The notes: generated from the sequence alone by a model not told the origin. DNA of 64,000 nucleotides from Phallusia mammillata (GCA_965637545.1 OZ281500.1:6944001-7008000); one strand, 5' to 3'. Positions 26,753 to 39,661 are shown, counted from the first letter of the stretch. Program-made: numbers and translations.

Positions 26753-29700
26753 CGGGCATGTGCCCAAAACCGCAGCCAACCTGTGAAGGTCACCTGACAA
26801 TGGCTAAGGTCAGATTTGAGCTGACCTCAGCACGTGCGCACTTCAGCAATACCTAACAAATTCTGCTGACATAAGTGCACCAAGGCCTCCATCGGAACCA
26901 CAATAATGGCTGTCGGCCACCTGCAGAAACAAGCAAGAGAAACAACTTACTTCCCAATCGACTATCGATCTTATTCAAGGCTGCATCAGCTTGCTAAATC
27001 ATTAGATTACAAGTCCAAAAACTGCTCCAGGGCAATGCTCACTTTTGTAACTATTGACCGCAAATCGCCCGAATTCATTCTTTTATTGCCATGAGATTTT
27101 TTTGTCACGAGAAATTGCACCAGACTTCAACAATAGAAACGCAACTTAACTATATGTGTCAACGGAAAATGTTGCAATTTCGAAAGATTGTCTCGTTCGC
27201 GTCCTAATGTATTGTATCGTAAAGGTTTATTACGTTAAAAATGCACTGGAAAGGGTTCGGGTTTTGCCAAGTGCGGGGTGTCCTTGCGCGACTTATTTTA
27301 GACGGCGACATGACTCATTCGATTTTCGTTCGACTATTTGTGTTTCGACCTTACTGTGTTTTTCCGCATCACTTGCAAAGGTCACCTTGCAGCATTTGCC
27401 GTTGCGGCAATAGTTTCGGAAAAGCTAACGACGAACGTTTAAACATACAAACTGTCTACTTATGATATGCATTTAAATTAATATTTGTAAATATACAAAA
27501 TCTTTATGAAATTGTGGCATTTTTACAAAAGAGGTTTAAAAATCAAGTACCAATCTAGCACAATCATGTTTTACTTTAACAACAAAGTCACACGCTTTTT
27601 GTTTGTTTTGTCTTGTAAACGATGCCACAAGCGAAATTCACGAAACCAGTTATTACATTGTCTTAAAATTTTCATACAAAGCGCCTACAATGTCTCTTGG
27701 GCCTTTCGCTACGCTTCACTAGCAAAGTCCACAATATAGATTACGATGAGTTTGCAAAACGGTCGATTCCCGCAAGTTTATCTGGAAAACTGTTATCTTT
27801 TCGAAACCCGACGCCTTCCCGAGCAACATTGCGCCATGTTCCCGCCAAAATCGTCACGTGATACCCTTTGGCGGGAAAACTTGCGCAATCCTGAACTCGC
27901 GACTAAGTAGGTCAGCGGGTTACTACGAACTGCATTTGCACAAAACTCCCTGCACTTGGAGTCGGTTTTGGTTGTTAGGTTAACAATACTTTGCGTTTAT
28001 CGTTTCAACATCAACGCAGCTCTTTCACAGTAGTTCCTGTGGAGAAGTATGGGTAATTTCCGTAAAACCCCAATTCTGGTTTCAGTGGAATATTATGGGT
28101 GATTTCCCCACCGGTGAGGGAGTTGCACCATCAACTGTGTTTGTTCTAATGGATGGCGCCGAGTTACGGATGATCGCAACGGAATGTTACGCAACTGTGT
28201 CAACTTTACTACACTGTACCTGGAAATCGAACAAAGGAACGTTCTCGATCATTGTTGGTATACGCGAGAATCAGGGCTAGTTTGTTTTTTAAATAACTCG
28301 CGTGAGAGTAAGATACTTGATCGTTTTGTACCTTGTACCTTAATGGTTAACCTGTTAAACTGGTTCACGCGGTCAAATCAATTTCGCACAACGCGTAATG
28401 TGTTTTCGATCATTATTCATCCTCCGCTGTTTATTACTTAACTTCTTAGAGTAAATGCCCGTAAGCGATAAAATGAGTTTGTTAAGACTGCGGGTGGCGG
28501 TAATCGATGTCCGTCACTTAACCCGAGACCGAGCTGTTTGGCGTTTCACGACGTCCCATTCGGTAGTTCATTGAGTGCGTGGCTGTTATCATGTGTAGCG
28601 ACAGTTATTATCGCTTGCCGGTTTAAGTGCTGTTCACACATGGTAGTAGGGCCACGCCCTTAAAGGCAAACTGCCTGCAGATAACTAAGCTCAATTACAA
28701 GCTCGTTGCATCAAGAGCTTGTTTGCTTTTTACTCATGCTTTAAAAGCACTATACGCTCTTAGCTCGGAGTCACACACATCGGCGGTATTGTCGCCACTA
28801 GAGGCTATTGGGACATTTGTCATTACAGGACAGTAGTCACAAACAAAGAGCATCGTTTTAGTCATGTTGTGAAAACGCAGCATTGTCAACAGAAACCTCA
28901 TTTCATAGCAACGGTTTAAAAATGAGCTCAACAACAAATGTCCTGTGGTAATGCCAATATTAAACTTTTTATGGTTTTCAGATCATGTATGCAATACGAA
29001 AAATCAAACATGTTTTTAGCATGTGGTAAGTTGGCCGCCTTTGGGCAACAGAACAACACTACACCACCAGATTACACTATGCTGCCTCCTAGCGTCAAAT
29101 CAACAATGTACTTCAACATATTGACACGCGACTTTACATTTTGCTGTTACGTTTGAACCGGGGTCAAAACCATGTCGTTGGGAGAAGACGAATGGGTTGG
29201 AAGTGATGAAATTGGAACGACTGTAGCCCATCGCTGAGGCTTATTCTTTTGAGTGCACCACTTTCTTATCAGCAGAAAGAGGCCAAAGGACATGACAATG
29301 TCAGCGACAACACAGAGCACCACGATTGTAACATACGATGTTTTCGGCTTCTCCTGCTTGTCAACGCGGTGCAACATAGTCTTATTGGCACTTTGAGATT
29401 CATTTTGAAAAATATCACGTGTTTTTGTCCAAGGAGGTGTTATGGTGGAGGTCTTTATCTGAGCAGCGAATGTGGGGGGTGCTGTGTAATTGGTAGTGGT
29501 AGTTTCTACATCGTTCTGAACGGTAGCGGTAATGGCTTGAACAATTTTCGATGTATGTGGTAACTTTGCTTGTGACTTTGAGGGGGTCGTGTGATAAGTA
29601 AACATTTTTGACACGTTAACACCGCTGGTGGTGGTAGTTACATCGCGGTCAGACCCCCGCGCGTGTTCGCCTTCTTCAGCAGTTGACACTTGACTGACAG

Positions 29701-31456
29701 TCGATGTCATTTGTGGCAAAGTGAGTAAGTTTCCTGTTGCATTGGTTTGCGTTTTCTCCCTAAATGGCGAAACCATAGTTGTAGCTCCTTGCTCTGTAAA
29801 ATTCCATAGAGAAGGAATAGGTGCGTCAGTTGTTAATTCCTTGCCAGTTTTGCCTACTTCTGGCATTGTGGTGAGCTCGAAGTGGGGTGTGGTAGATAAT
29901 TGCACCGGCTTGGACGTAACGGAGGCCACACATTGGTCGATAAGCATGCGCACAGTAGTGACGTCAATCATTCCAGTGACGTACAAATCCAGCAGAGCGC
30001 TGCCGCGATGTTGAGCCGGATCATAACATATAACATCATGGTAACCATCGACATCCGTAAGCCAAGATCCCTCACCGGCGAGCCAAGCAATGAACGGGAG
30101 CATTTGGCAGCCGCACAGCCACGGGTTACCGCTCCAATCGATCCAAATTTGCTCCGCAGCTCCACCTGGCGGTTTGGCGGTAAAATGGCGAGTCGGTTGC
30201 GCTTGTTTCAGATATTCTTCAACGATAATGATGGCACTTTCTAAATCGTCTACACCATTCTCCTGCAATGCAAAAAAAATCCTTGGTGCCATTGAAGTAA
30301 TTTAAAGATTACATAAGTAATGTAATGCAAGATTGGCTTGTCATGAAAAGTTTAAATATGCTCACCGTGTTTTTGCTCAACCATTGATAGTCCACTGTTC
30401 GAAGCTCGTTGTTCCGTAAACTCAAATGGCTTAGGCTAGGACAACCTGGTGTAACAAACATATAACATTTTGACTTCCAAAACCAACCTGACAAGCGATG
30501 CTCGGCTTTTTTAACACTTACTTTTTACAAAGTCTGACGGCAAGGTACGAAGATAATTGTTGCCCAAATCAAGATAAACCAACGATGTTGAGCTCTGCAA
30601 TGTTTCTGGAGCCCACGATCGAATGTAATTGTCGGACAAGTCAAGGCTGGTCAAGTGAATCAAATTTCGAAACGCGTATCTCGAAACGGTTTCAATCCCA
30701 CAGTTCGAAGCTTGAATATTTGTTAAACGCCGAAGACACGAAAAGTAGCCTGTTTCCTGGTCGTTAGAAATCCAAGAGCCTGTTACAATTATGTAAATTG
30801 AATTTCTGAATTTTTGCATTTCAAGACATGCAAATATATATTATATCAATATACCCATGAAAAGCTGTCGAAGATCGTTATTGGAAACACGTAGCACAAT
30901 CAAGTTTTCGAGGTCACAGATTGTGTCACGTGGCAAGCATTGTGACGTCAGGCGGTTGTAGCTGACGTCAAGTTCCGTAAGTTTCTTTAGTGAAGCAAAC
31001 GTTTTGTCCTAAGTTGGTACATAATAGGCTACATTAGCATTGCAACTTGCAGATTACATTTTAATTGGATCAAACCTGAATGCACGTGATCTCGTTGTGA
31101 GCCAATGAGAGGTAATCAAGCTTTTTTGTATCAACAAAGTGTCGTGCTGTTAAATTTCCCCCAAACAAGTTCCAGGATATGTCGAATTCGTTGAGTGACG
31201 ACATTCCGGTGAGCAGCTTGGGAGGGAAATTGGAAATTAGGTTGTTCCGCAAAGTCAATTGCTGAAGAGAGAATCGCGACTCCCTAAACAGTGCAGCTTT
31301 GTAAAATAATCTTGCAATTGGGAATATTCTATTTACCGGTCCGCAAAAGTGGTTTGTGCCAAATTTACTTCGTCGGAATTAATGATAACCAACTTATATT
31401 AGGACCGATGATTTAAATAACTTTTCACAGATTTCAGAATCTAGCATGCATTTTTT
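26753..31456 (+). repeat. Copy 2 of the ~4.7 kb duplication
   Basis: Starts at the first base after the gap with cgggcatgtgcccaaaac, identical to 21189. Confidence 0.97.
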
Positions 31457-31802
31457 GTATATTTTTTTACAAGCTGTTTACAACTGTTCGACCAATGGTT
31501 ACATAATTGAAAGCTAAATTATTAAGTTGATTTTATGATTGTAAGAATTTTTACATGAGTTCACTATCGTGTGCCAGTGAAGCAATGGTGTTGTCGCTGA
31601 GATCAATAACTCGGAGTATCAGGTCATCAAGTTGTTTTGGTATTTCCGTTAGATTTCCTCCATTGCAAAAAGCCGCGTCGCCGTTAATAAAGCACTTACA
31701 GTCTTTGCATGGAGCAGTTTCAACAAACTGCATGTTTGCAGCTATAAGCAATACATAAAAGGAACAAATCCACGGTCCTTGTTCTTCGGCGTTCATATGC
31801 AT
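29147..31802 (-). CDS. Type I LRR membrane protein (signal peptide-LRRNT-LRRs-LRRCT-Thr/Ser stalk-TM-short tail), ~720 aa; exons 31802-31555, 31513-31471, 31392-31337, 31283-31076, 31008-30855, 30779-30522, 30445-30366, 30262-29147
   Basis: All junctions are GT-AG with consistent phases (2163 nt total). LRRNT PCKDCKCFINGDAAFC; LRR units such as LQQLTLRNNLI, LDYLSLAHNEI, LTELDVSYNRL, LTSLDLSDNYI, LVYLDLGNNYL, LSHLSLRNNEL; LRRCT GNPWLCGCQML..VICYDP; T-rich stalk; TM YVTIVVLCVVADIVMSFGLFLLI followed by RK; no TIR domain. The two small exons (41-nt intron 1) are the least certain. Confidence 0.85.
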
Positions 31803-32551
31803 TCCAACTATGTCGGCTACCAAATTTTACGCAGATTACAAACGAAGTCTTAATACATTATTTACTTTACACTTAAAGGACAATAGCATAAAATCATATG
31901 ATCAACGAGTCTTATCGTTTATCTAGCAGAGTTTTTTTTTCTTTTCCTAGCACAGACGACAGCCTTACCATATGTACATCTACTATCCGTAAAACTGATT
32001 GAAATTCTACATCCCCAGCAATTTTGCTCAACTTTGCATGGCAATTCAACTTAATGTTACACTATTGCATGTCGGTAAAGACATAACGATACCAAAACTC
32101 ATCTTGCATTTTTGAAACGATTATCTCCTTGAGTCAAACATCTGGAACTAAGAGAGCTGCGGTTTTGCGACCTTCTGCGTAAACAAAGGCTTTTTAGGCG
32201 CCCCGCTGTTCGACCTTTCATCCGTCAAACTTTATTGCATTTGTCCCCACGACGCCCCGCCCAATTGTCCATGGTCCATCAGTAACTGGTTACAGACGAT
32301 AATTTCGACAAACATGAAGCGAATTTGCCCACGAACCGCATAAAAGGATGACCAAATAACCTTTTGTGATACCTTAGATGCAGAACTTCAGTGTGATGTT
32401 ATTTACTATTATGGTGTGATATGTCAGCAAATAGACTGATTCGCCCAACAATTGATTTTTTTAATAGCCATTTAATCAAGTTGGTCAAGCAAAATGCAAA
32501 TTCACATGAAGTTAAATGAAAAACAAAAACAATAAATGTACAGAATCATTA

Positions 32552-33726
32552 CTACACCGCAATTGGATCACTGGTTTGGTACTCATACACGGTATTTTCA
32601 GAACAACTAAAGCGTACGGATTTACAATGGCACTGGTTCAACGCTGAACCGCGGCAGTCATTTTGAGATTCTTTCTCCGCCTGATAACTGTCACTAGGTA
32701 CAACAGTTATCTCCCGTACCGCAGGAGTCGGCTTGGAAACTTTAGTGTCTGTTGGGGGTCGATGAAATTTTGAAGTATTCGGTCTCGTCTTGCATGGCTC
32801 AAAATGTTCACCCACAACACCCAAAGGCCCTTCATCGAATGTGACCCATCCTCTGCTGCCGGCACGGGATGTCGACACGCGGGTCGTAACACTAGGTGGC
32901 GTGCGCGGGCGGTCAGCCCGAATTTGTGGGTTGCATCGACGTTGAGGCACTCGTGAACCTACTTGCCGTTTCATGCGAGGTGTGTTGGGCACTGTTCCCT
33001 GTTTCGGGGGACTTACGGTTAATTTTCGACTCCTGGTAGCTCCAGAAAAAAACAGAGTAGGAGCCGATCCGCTGCGAAAGGTCCGGCTCATTGGAGGGCT
33101 GGTATTCGGAGGAACCGGTTCTGACTGGATCCTGGAACGAGCGCCAGTGTTCCTCTGACCTAACAGTTTACCAGTAAACGTAAGTTTGCATAAATTAAAT
33201 AAGCTATTGCTGCCAGGCGTAATGTATCAACGAGTATTGCTCTTTCAGCAGTGTTATTATCGACGTTTCGACGAAGAGCAATACTCGTAAGCTTGCATGT
33301 TTTACGCGTTGCCTGTAGGTGAAAGTTTCAAGCGCACAAAGGTGGTAATAACTAACCTGACACACGCCAAGGCCTTCGTTCAGCTGGAAAAAGCTGGTTC
33401 GCTGTGTCTGAAGCAAGTTCATAGCAACGTTTAACTTCGTTGGGACGATAAGCCACAAAATCGCTTGAACCCATTTCGTCTGTTCGGAAAGAAAACTCTC
33501 TGCCAGGCAGACTACGTGGTCTTCCAAGCAGGCGTTTTTCGTTCGTTGGTGGTGCAAAGGCGTCATCCTCGTATATTTTGTATGCGAGAGTCCCATAGAA
33601 AGGCGAGGGCATTCCTCCAAGAGGGGGAGCAGTAGCGGGCTTTGAAGGTAATCTGTACGCTGGATGAGTCACGTGATGTAATGATATTGACGAAAGTAGT
33701 GACTTATCTTCTTCGCCTTCAAAGTT
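32552..33726 (-). CDS. Uncharacterised Pro/Arg/Ser-rich protein with C-terminal RVxF motif; exons ~33726-33357 and 33159-32552; start uncertain (first in-frame ATG 33612)
   Basis: Phase-1 donor TCAG/gttagt and acceptor ctgttag/GT join ORFs 33352-33672 and 32552-33091 in frame. The protein ends CKSVRFSCSENTVYEYQTSDPIAV*. Confidence 0.65.
33199..33288. repeat. Second copy of the 8955 repeat, in an intron, with a 15-bp perfect inverted repeat
   Basis: acgagtattgctctt (33230-33244) / aagagcaatactcgt (33274-33288) enclose cgacgtttcgacg. Confidence 0.7.
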
Positions 33727-35963
33727 CTGATAATTGTAGCATTTGTTAAGGTATGATTAAACAAGCTGGGCAAATTTAGCTTATGCACGCCAAGGTCTAT
33801 ATTAAAAGGCTCATAAGATTGACTGTTTTACTTTCCATATTTGGCAGGGTTTTTATGGTTGGTTTCTTTCTGGTGCATGGGCAAGTAAAAGACACAGACA
33901 ATGTGCTGCTATTGACGGTTTCTTTAAACTTCGAACAGTTGCTCAATTGCGACCATTGTTTTAGATTTTGGCAATCAGAGTATTGGGCAGGGCAAATTAT
34001 AATCACTGCTTAGGGACTTCAAATTGCAAAGATATAAAACGTTGCTTTCATTATTTCTTCATAGGCCAATTAGTATTGACGCCGCAGGGAAATGATACCA
34101 AACAAAAATCAAGAATTGATGACAACACGTAGGCTACCCTAAAATGCTTTCTCATCAAACATAGGTTAAAGGGGCGGGATTTCTTCCATTGGTCTGTAGT
34201 GCCACGTTTTTAACCAATTGAGCACAAGTTCAACAGTTCATTACAGCAAAGCTGTTTTGAACGTCAGAAGCCTTCTCTTTTTTGTTTAAACTAAACCACT
34301 AAGTTGTAAGAGTGGTAGCACTTATCTACTAAACTCCGTTGGCGCTAGTGATGTGCGCAGGGTGAAAATTTCGCGTAAACGAAGTGCGTGTTTAAATAAA
34401 TTACCATAACAAAGTTTGAAGATGCCATGTGTGACTATCTTGGATTTGGTCCACCCACCTTGTTAACCATCATTTGAGCATTGTCGTTCCTAATGCAACG
34501 AAGTTTTTCCAGCTTTTCTTTGCAAACTAACAGCGCCCGTTGCTCCAGCCGAGTGCGCTGTGTTGGTGACCGGCGTGAACGAGTATTTGCTAAATTCATT
34601 TAAGACTTCTCATTATTTAATTTAGTTGCACTACTCAAGCAAAAAAATATTAACTTATTTCTCCGTGTGGACTGTTTACCACGCCAATTGTTCGTGTCAA
34701 AATCTGGCCCTTGCACACATAGGCTATTCGTTTAATAGGATATTAGGACAATTACACTCACTTTCGGGTGAAGACCTCAGATTTCGAGCAAAGGCACTGC
34801 AGCACTGTCGGACATCATGCACATTTCGTGAGGATCCAATAACGTGATCAGGATAAGAATTGCGCAACAAACCAAGTCGTCGCTGGGGACGAAGTTGGTT
34901 ATCATGCGACAAGCTCAGCGACATGAACAAAATTGTTTTTGACCTCTTGTAAATAGAGCTTACTGCTTCTAGACTGAAATGTGTACCACATTAGATTCCA
35001 AACAACAACATTGGTTACAACACAACTGATAGAGCGACTGACCAGCAACCTTAAAATTCGTATTTCTTACAAAGCCGAGTTAAATTTTCCTGAAATTGGC
35101 CTTCGGCATTGTAACAACTTGCAACATACAACAAATTCGTGTTTATGTAGCAACACGAAACTTTCAAGTGTTTTCGCCGACAAACGAAAGTGTATTCCGA
35201 CAGCAAAACGGCAACTTGTTCGCGCACTGATTGCTCGCACATAATGCCCGTTGTCGTATCATAATGAGGACTGAGCCGACGCACTTGACTGGAGCACTTT
35301 CGAATTTGTAGCATAATAGACTGTGAATAGTTTGGCCCGACACTCGACCGCTGTCAGTCAGTCCCCCCACTCCTTCCTTCCGCTGTAACCAATCAACTTC
35401 GTGATCAATATGCAAGTACATGGTGAGGAGTAACATACCAGCCAACATAGCACGCGACTAGAGTGTTGCAGAACACTCAGCAAAAATCAAATGATACCAT
35501 ATTTGATTACCCAATATGTGATAAGTTTAAGAACGCCCCTAAAATCGGCACCGGTCAAATCAAACGTTGGGTATGGAGCATTTAGCAAGGGAAAAATGCA
35601 AATGATCTGCAATTGAAAACTGAGTACAAGCAGCAAATCATAAAACCGTATGCCTAATTGAATGGTATTGATTTTGTAGCCACTACTTTAATCCATTCCA
35701 GAGTGAAAACAATAACTGACAAAAAGGATGAAAGAAAGAATACAACATTTGTTGCAGTAATGCATGCCAGATGCATTCACATTGTTTAAGGTAGAAACTT
35801 TGGCTGTGAAAACAAGAGCAGGACCAAGACTACCTGTCTTTTGGGACTAATTAGTAAGTCAAAAAAGAAGTTAGGCACATTCCTGTTGTGTTGGAGAGAA
35901 AATTTGCAAAAAATAAAAAAGGGATGTATCAACGATATCCCATATCTTGAACAACATGCTTCG

Positions 35964-38264
35964 TCACGTTTCTGTCTCTTCTTTTTCTGCCGCAGGTCCA
36001 GTTGTTTGTTTCTCCGATTTTAACTGGGCTCGGGCCCCAAACCCACCTCTACCTGGGTCAAAGTCCATCCTGTATTCATCCCTGACCTAGACAGTAAAAT
36101 ATGTTGTAACCGGCCCCAAGGAAAACTATGTACTTTTCTGTTGTGCAAACAGTTGAAGAAATCAGGAACACAAATTTAGTACCCACCTGTCCACCACGTT
36201 TACCCCTGCCATATTGCCTCCCTTCTTTAAACCCAGCATCCCAATCAGTTCTTACAACCCTGTCATCAAGACGTGTTCCATTAATATAACGCATTGCATC
36301 CTCTGCTGATGAACGTTCCATGTACCTAAATGATAGTTACAAGTAACACTTGATATTTTGAAACATAAAAGAAACAACATTAAAACAGAATTCAACACTC
36401 ACTCAACAAAGCAAAATCCACATGGAGTCTTCTTGAATTTGTCAAGTCCCATAACTAAACGTTTTAGATCTCCACATTTTGAAAACAATTCATGTATTTG
36501 TTCCTCAGTGGTGTAATATGACAAATTTCCAACATAAAGTGTGTTTGAGTTGCGTAGAAGATTTTCCTGGTCATTACGACTTCCCTAAAAAGTATTGTTG
36601 TTGTTTTAAAATTTCTTGACAATTTTAAAAACACAACTAAAATCACAACGAACTAAAAATTCTAATCACATAATACTTAATGCAATATGCTCCATTTTCA
36701 ATTTACAAGCTTTTGTATTCAAACACCACCACAAAAATAAAAAAGAATATTGTAATAACACTTAAATGCAAAAAATGTTTTGGCAATAAAATGAGTTGCA
36801 TTTGTTGGTATTTTAATCTTTTTATTAGCATTTGTTCATTTTTGTGAGTATGGTCACCCTTAATTTGGTTTTCAGGCTGGGTTCCTGGATTTCAGAAATT
36901 CATTAAACCACAGATCTGGTGGGCCCATCAGCCTTGCTGTTTACAGCATAAAAGACAAGGTAAATGGGATTGCTGTGTTGAAACAACATGAACCAAACCC
37001 TTTAATTATATTAATAAATATAGTTAATTGGGTTGTCCTTGGACACTGAAGAAAATCCCATCTAAACTAACGTTAATGGTTGCTTTTCCTCCGAAATTCC
37101 AAGTGGCACCCATTTGAGAACCACTGGTATTATTCTTTTTCAGCGTTATGACTAACTAATGTACAGACATACAGCTAAATTTCAAATAACAAAAACATTG
37201 TCATGTGTTTCTGGTTAAGGTCAAGGTTTTCACTGCTGTTCCATGCCTCATGTTGTATAGCAACAGGTTTTGAGACATGGCTTATATTGCACAGTGTCTA
37301 GTTCTGCGGCACATCTTAGTTGTACAGTATTTCAACACATAATTTAGACCTGTGAGCTCAAATAATGGGTCGACCCAGCTAATTTTTTCCAAAAGGAAAA
37401 AAGACCTTTCTAATTTTTTTTGCATTATAGCATGTTTTAAAACCAAAAAGAGGAGTAAACATAAAACATCTATTTGAGGAAAACAGGGTGAAACATGGAT
37501 CAAACTAAAAGTTACAAAATAACTTGAAGTTCTTGCATGTACAAACCAACAAGGTGTGAAACTCTACAGAATATGGCTGTTTTTACAGTTTTGCATTTAC
37601 GGGCCTGTTGGTAAACTGCTGGGAAAAGAAAAAACAAAAAGATTACAGGTTTCCGTTGACCAGGAAAGAAGACCCATAATACAACAAGCATGAATTATCT
37701 TTATATGTTCCCCTTTTATGTATTTTCTGCTGAAATGCTAAAAACTTGGCTCATCTACATAGAAAAATCTTTAAAATTGGTTTAGCGCCCCGAAAGGATT
37801 AAAATTATTCTCTATCTTCACCACAAAATATTTGAAAACCAAATCATCATGCAGTTTAACATTATGACATGTTTTTCTTTAATTTTGATTTATACAAATA
37901 ATTCCACATTTTAATCTGAAAAAATGTGTGCTAATGTTTGTGGGGATTGTTTCATTTCATACAATGACAAAAATATGAAACTAAATTATTTTTTCTTGTT
38001 TACATCTTTCTCATGTCTGGGTTTGTGGACAGAGGACACTTGACACACAACAACTGAGATATGTGTGATTGTGAAAAGATATTTATATATTTTCGTTCTA
38101 AAACATATTTGTATATATCTACAACTCAATGAGTTATTTTCGACCTTGAAATCAAGATTAAAAGATCAAACCTTGAAATGTTGATCGCGGTAAGCGGTTA
38201 AATCACACCCTGGATCTTTCAACAGTGGTCGAAGAATAACATCCTGAGTGGGATCAAAAGTCAT
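35964..38264 (-). CDS. NCBP2: Nuclear cap-binding protein subunit 2 (CBP20); exons 38264-38172, 36584-36403, 36325-36187, 36086-35964
   Basis: [94 protein letters not shown]; exon phases are consistent. Confidence 0.97.
37105..37126. mobile_element. Isolated hAT-type MITE terminus in NCBP2 intron 1
   Basis: ggcacccatttgagaaccactg matches the right TIR type seen at 43945 and 51633; no partner end found. Confidence 0.45.
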
Positions 38265-38580
38265 TGTCCTGCTTTAATCTCAAAGTAGGAACGTAAAAAC
38301 AATTTTAGTTTCGAATATTGCGTTCACATCGACGCGCTTGTGTCAAAATCAAAAATTTCTGAAAGCGCCGCTAAACGAAATTCGTGTTTCTTACGTATAC
38401 TCAAAAGTTAAATCAGTTTTGTATTTTTCTAATAATTTCAGTTAATAAAGATTGACCTAATCATTGACAAAAGTATCAAGATCACCTAAAAAATGTTATT
38501 ATCAGCACATATTTTGAGGCAAAAATATGTTTCGTCATGTTCTGTTTATCCAAGAACATTATACCCAAAACTATATAAAC

Positions 38581-38993
38581 CAGTGGTTCCCAACCTGGTG
38601 TTCAAGGGGGTCCGTGAGATGGTTTCAAGGGGTCCGTGGAGGCAAACAATTGGAGTAGCATTAACAAGTGTACAATATTTTAAGTTCCCAAACCGTTTTT
38701 ACAATCCTGTGACATCACAACACACATTAACAACAGAACTTATTGTGGTTTGTTTCAAGTATTGTACACCAGAAAATTTATCTCTCTGTTGCATTGACTG
38801 CTACAGTACAGAACTTTATTGAGATTGAGGGACTGTGAAGGTTGATCGAAATTCTGCCCTGATAAGCGAAAGTATAATAACGTACGAATGCAGGAAACAA
38901 AAAAACATAACAAGACTAAATTGCGTTGGGGGTCCGCGGACCTATAAAATTGATAAAAGGGGTCCGTGACTACAAAAAGGTTGGGAACCACTG
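38581..38993. mobile_element. Non-autonomous hAT (Charlie-like) MITE
   Basis: TIR cagtggttcccaacct / aggttgggaaccactg; perfect 8-bp TSD atataaac; subterminal ggggtccg(t/c)g repeats. Confidence 0.93.
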
Positions 38994-39199
38994 ATATAAA
39001 CTAAGTAAAAGTCAGAGCCAGTATTTTTTTGCTTAGATTGCTCAAAACCGTGCAAAGTGTGCATATATAAACTAAGTTACAGACTTATCTGGAATATCAT
39101 AATGCAAGTGACAACACATTCGAATGGGAATGAGTCCATATACCAGTATCCAGTTGTCAAAGTTTCATTGCAAGCCCGCACGGGCGTTAAACCATTTTT

Positions 39200-39295
39200 C
39201 TCTAGGTTAGAGCAATATCGCCCAGGTTTCTTGCTCAGAGGAACACCAGAGGTCGAAATGGGATTGGAATCTACAACCTTGTTAACACACGTCGG
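39200..39295 (-). mobile_element. Possible decayed tRNA-derived (CORE-like) SINE
   Basis: Minus strand has a degenerate B box (gattccaatccc) followed by gtgttcctctgagcaagaaac, resembling the CORE gtgtccttgggcaag motif. Confidence 0.3.
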
Positions 39296-39601
39296 TTAAT
39301 TTCAACTTGTTTCAGTAAACTTTCATACTTGTTTGTGGATAAGTTTTGTGTGCCTTGTGCGAAACATAGTTATTAACACATGTTGGACAAACAGAAAAAA
39401 TCTGTGTCGAAAACACAAATATTCCAGCAGCCACAGTGTACTAGCTTCACAACCATTATCTTATAACCACATGTAAGATCCAATAATAACACAAACTTTA
39501 AAACTATTGCGATGCCGATGCGCAACTTTTGTTTTCGAATCGCTGACCGTCACCCGAAGCTAAACCGGATGATTCATTCTTTACAAGCTCGGCCCTAAAC
39601 G

Positions 39602-39661
39602 TGACGTAAGCTGTACGCGATTGGCTAACATTTTTAGACTGCATTGCTTCCGCCTATATAA
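39602..39661 (+). promoter_or_regulatory. Probable Rho core promoter: CRE-like site, inverted CCAAT, TATA
   Basis: TGACGTAA 39602, GATTGGCT 39619, TATATAA 39655; followed by candidate donors (~39709, ~39733) and acceptor tttttgatacag (~39867) of a 5'-UTR intron. Confidence 0.6.

Noticed and set aside
26355-26800. ORFs spanning the X run
   Set aside because: Artefacts of translating through the N gap.
23584-31802. Two LRR genes as a diversifying VLR-like cassette array, or as TLRs
   Set aside because: The copies are >99% identical and flank an assembly gap; no variable LRR cassettes and no TIR domain are present.
34300-35500. Short ORFs between the PP1-motif gene and NCBP2
   Set aside because: No homology signal or convincing splice chain; possibly regulatory or UTR sequence.
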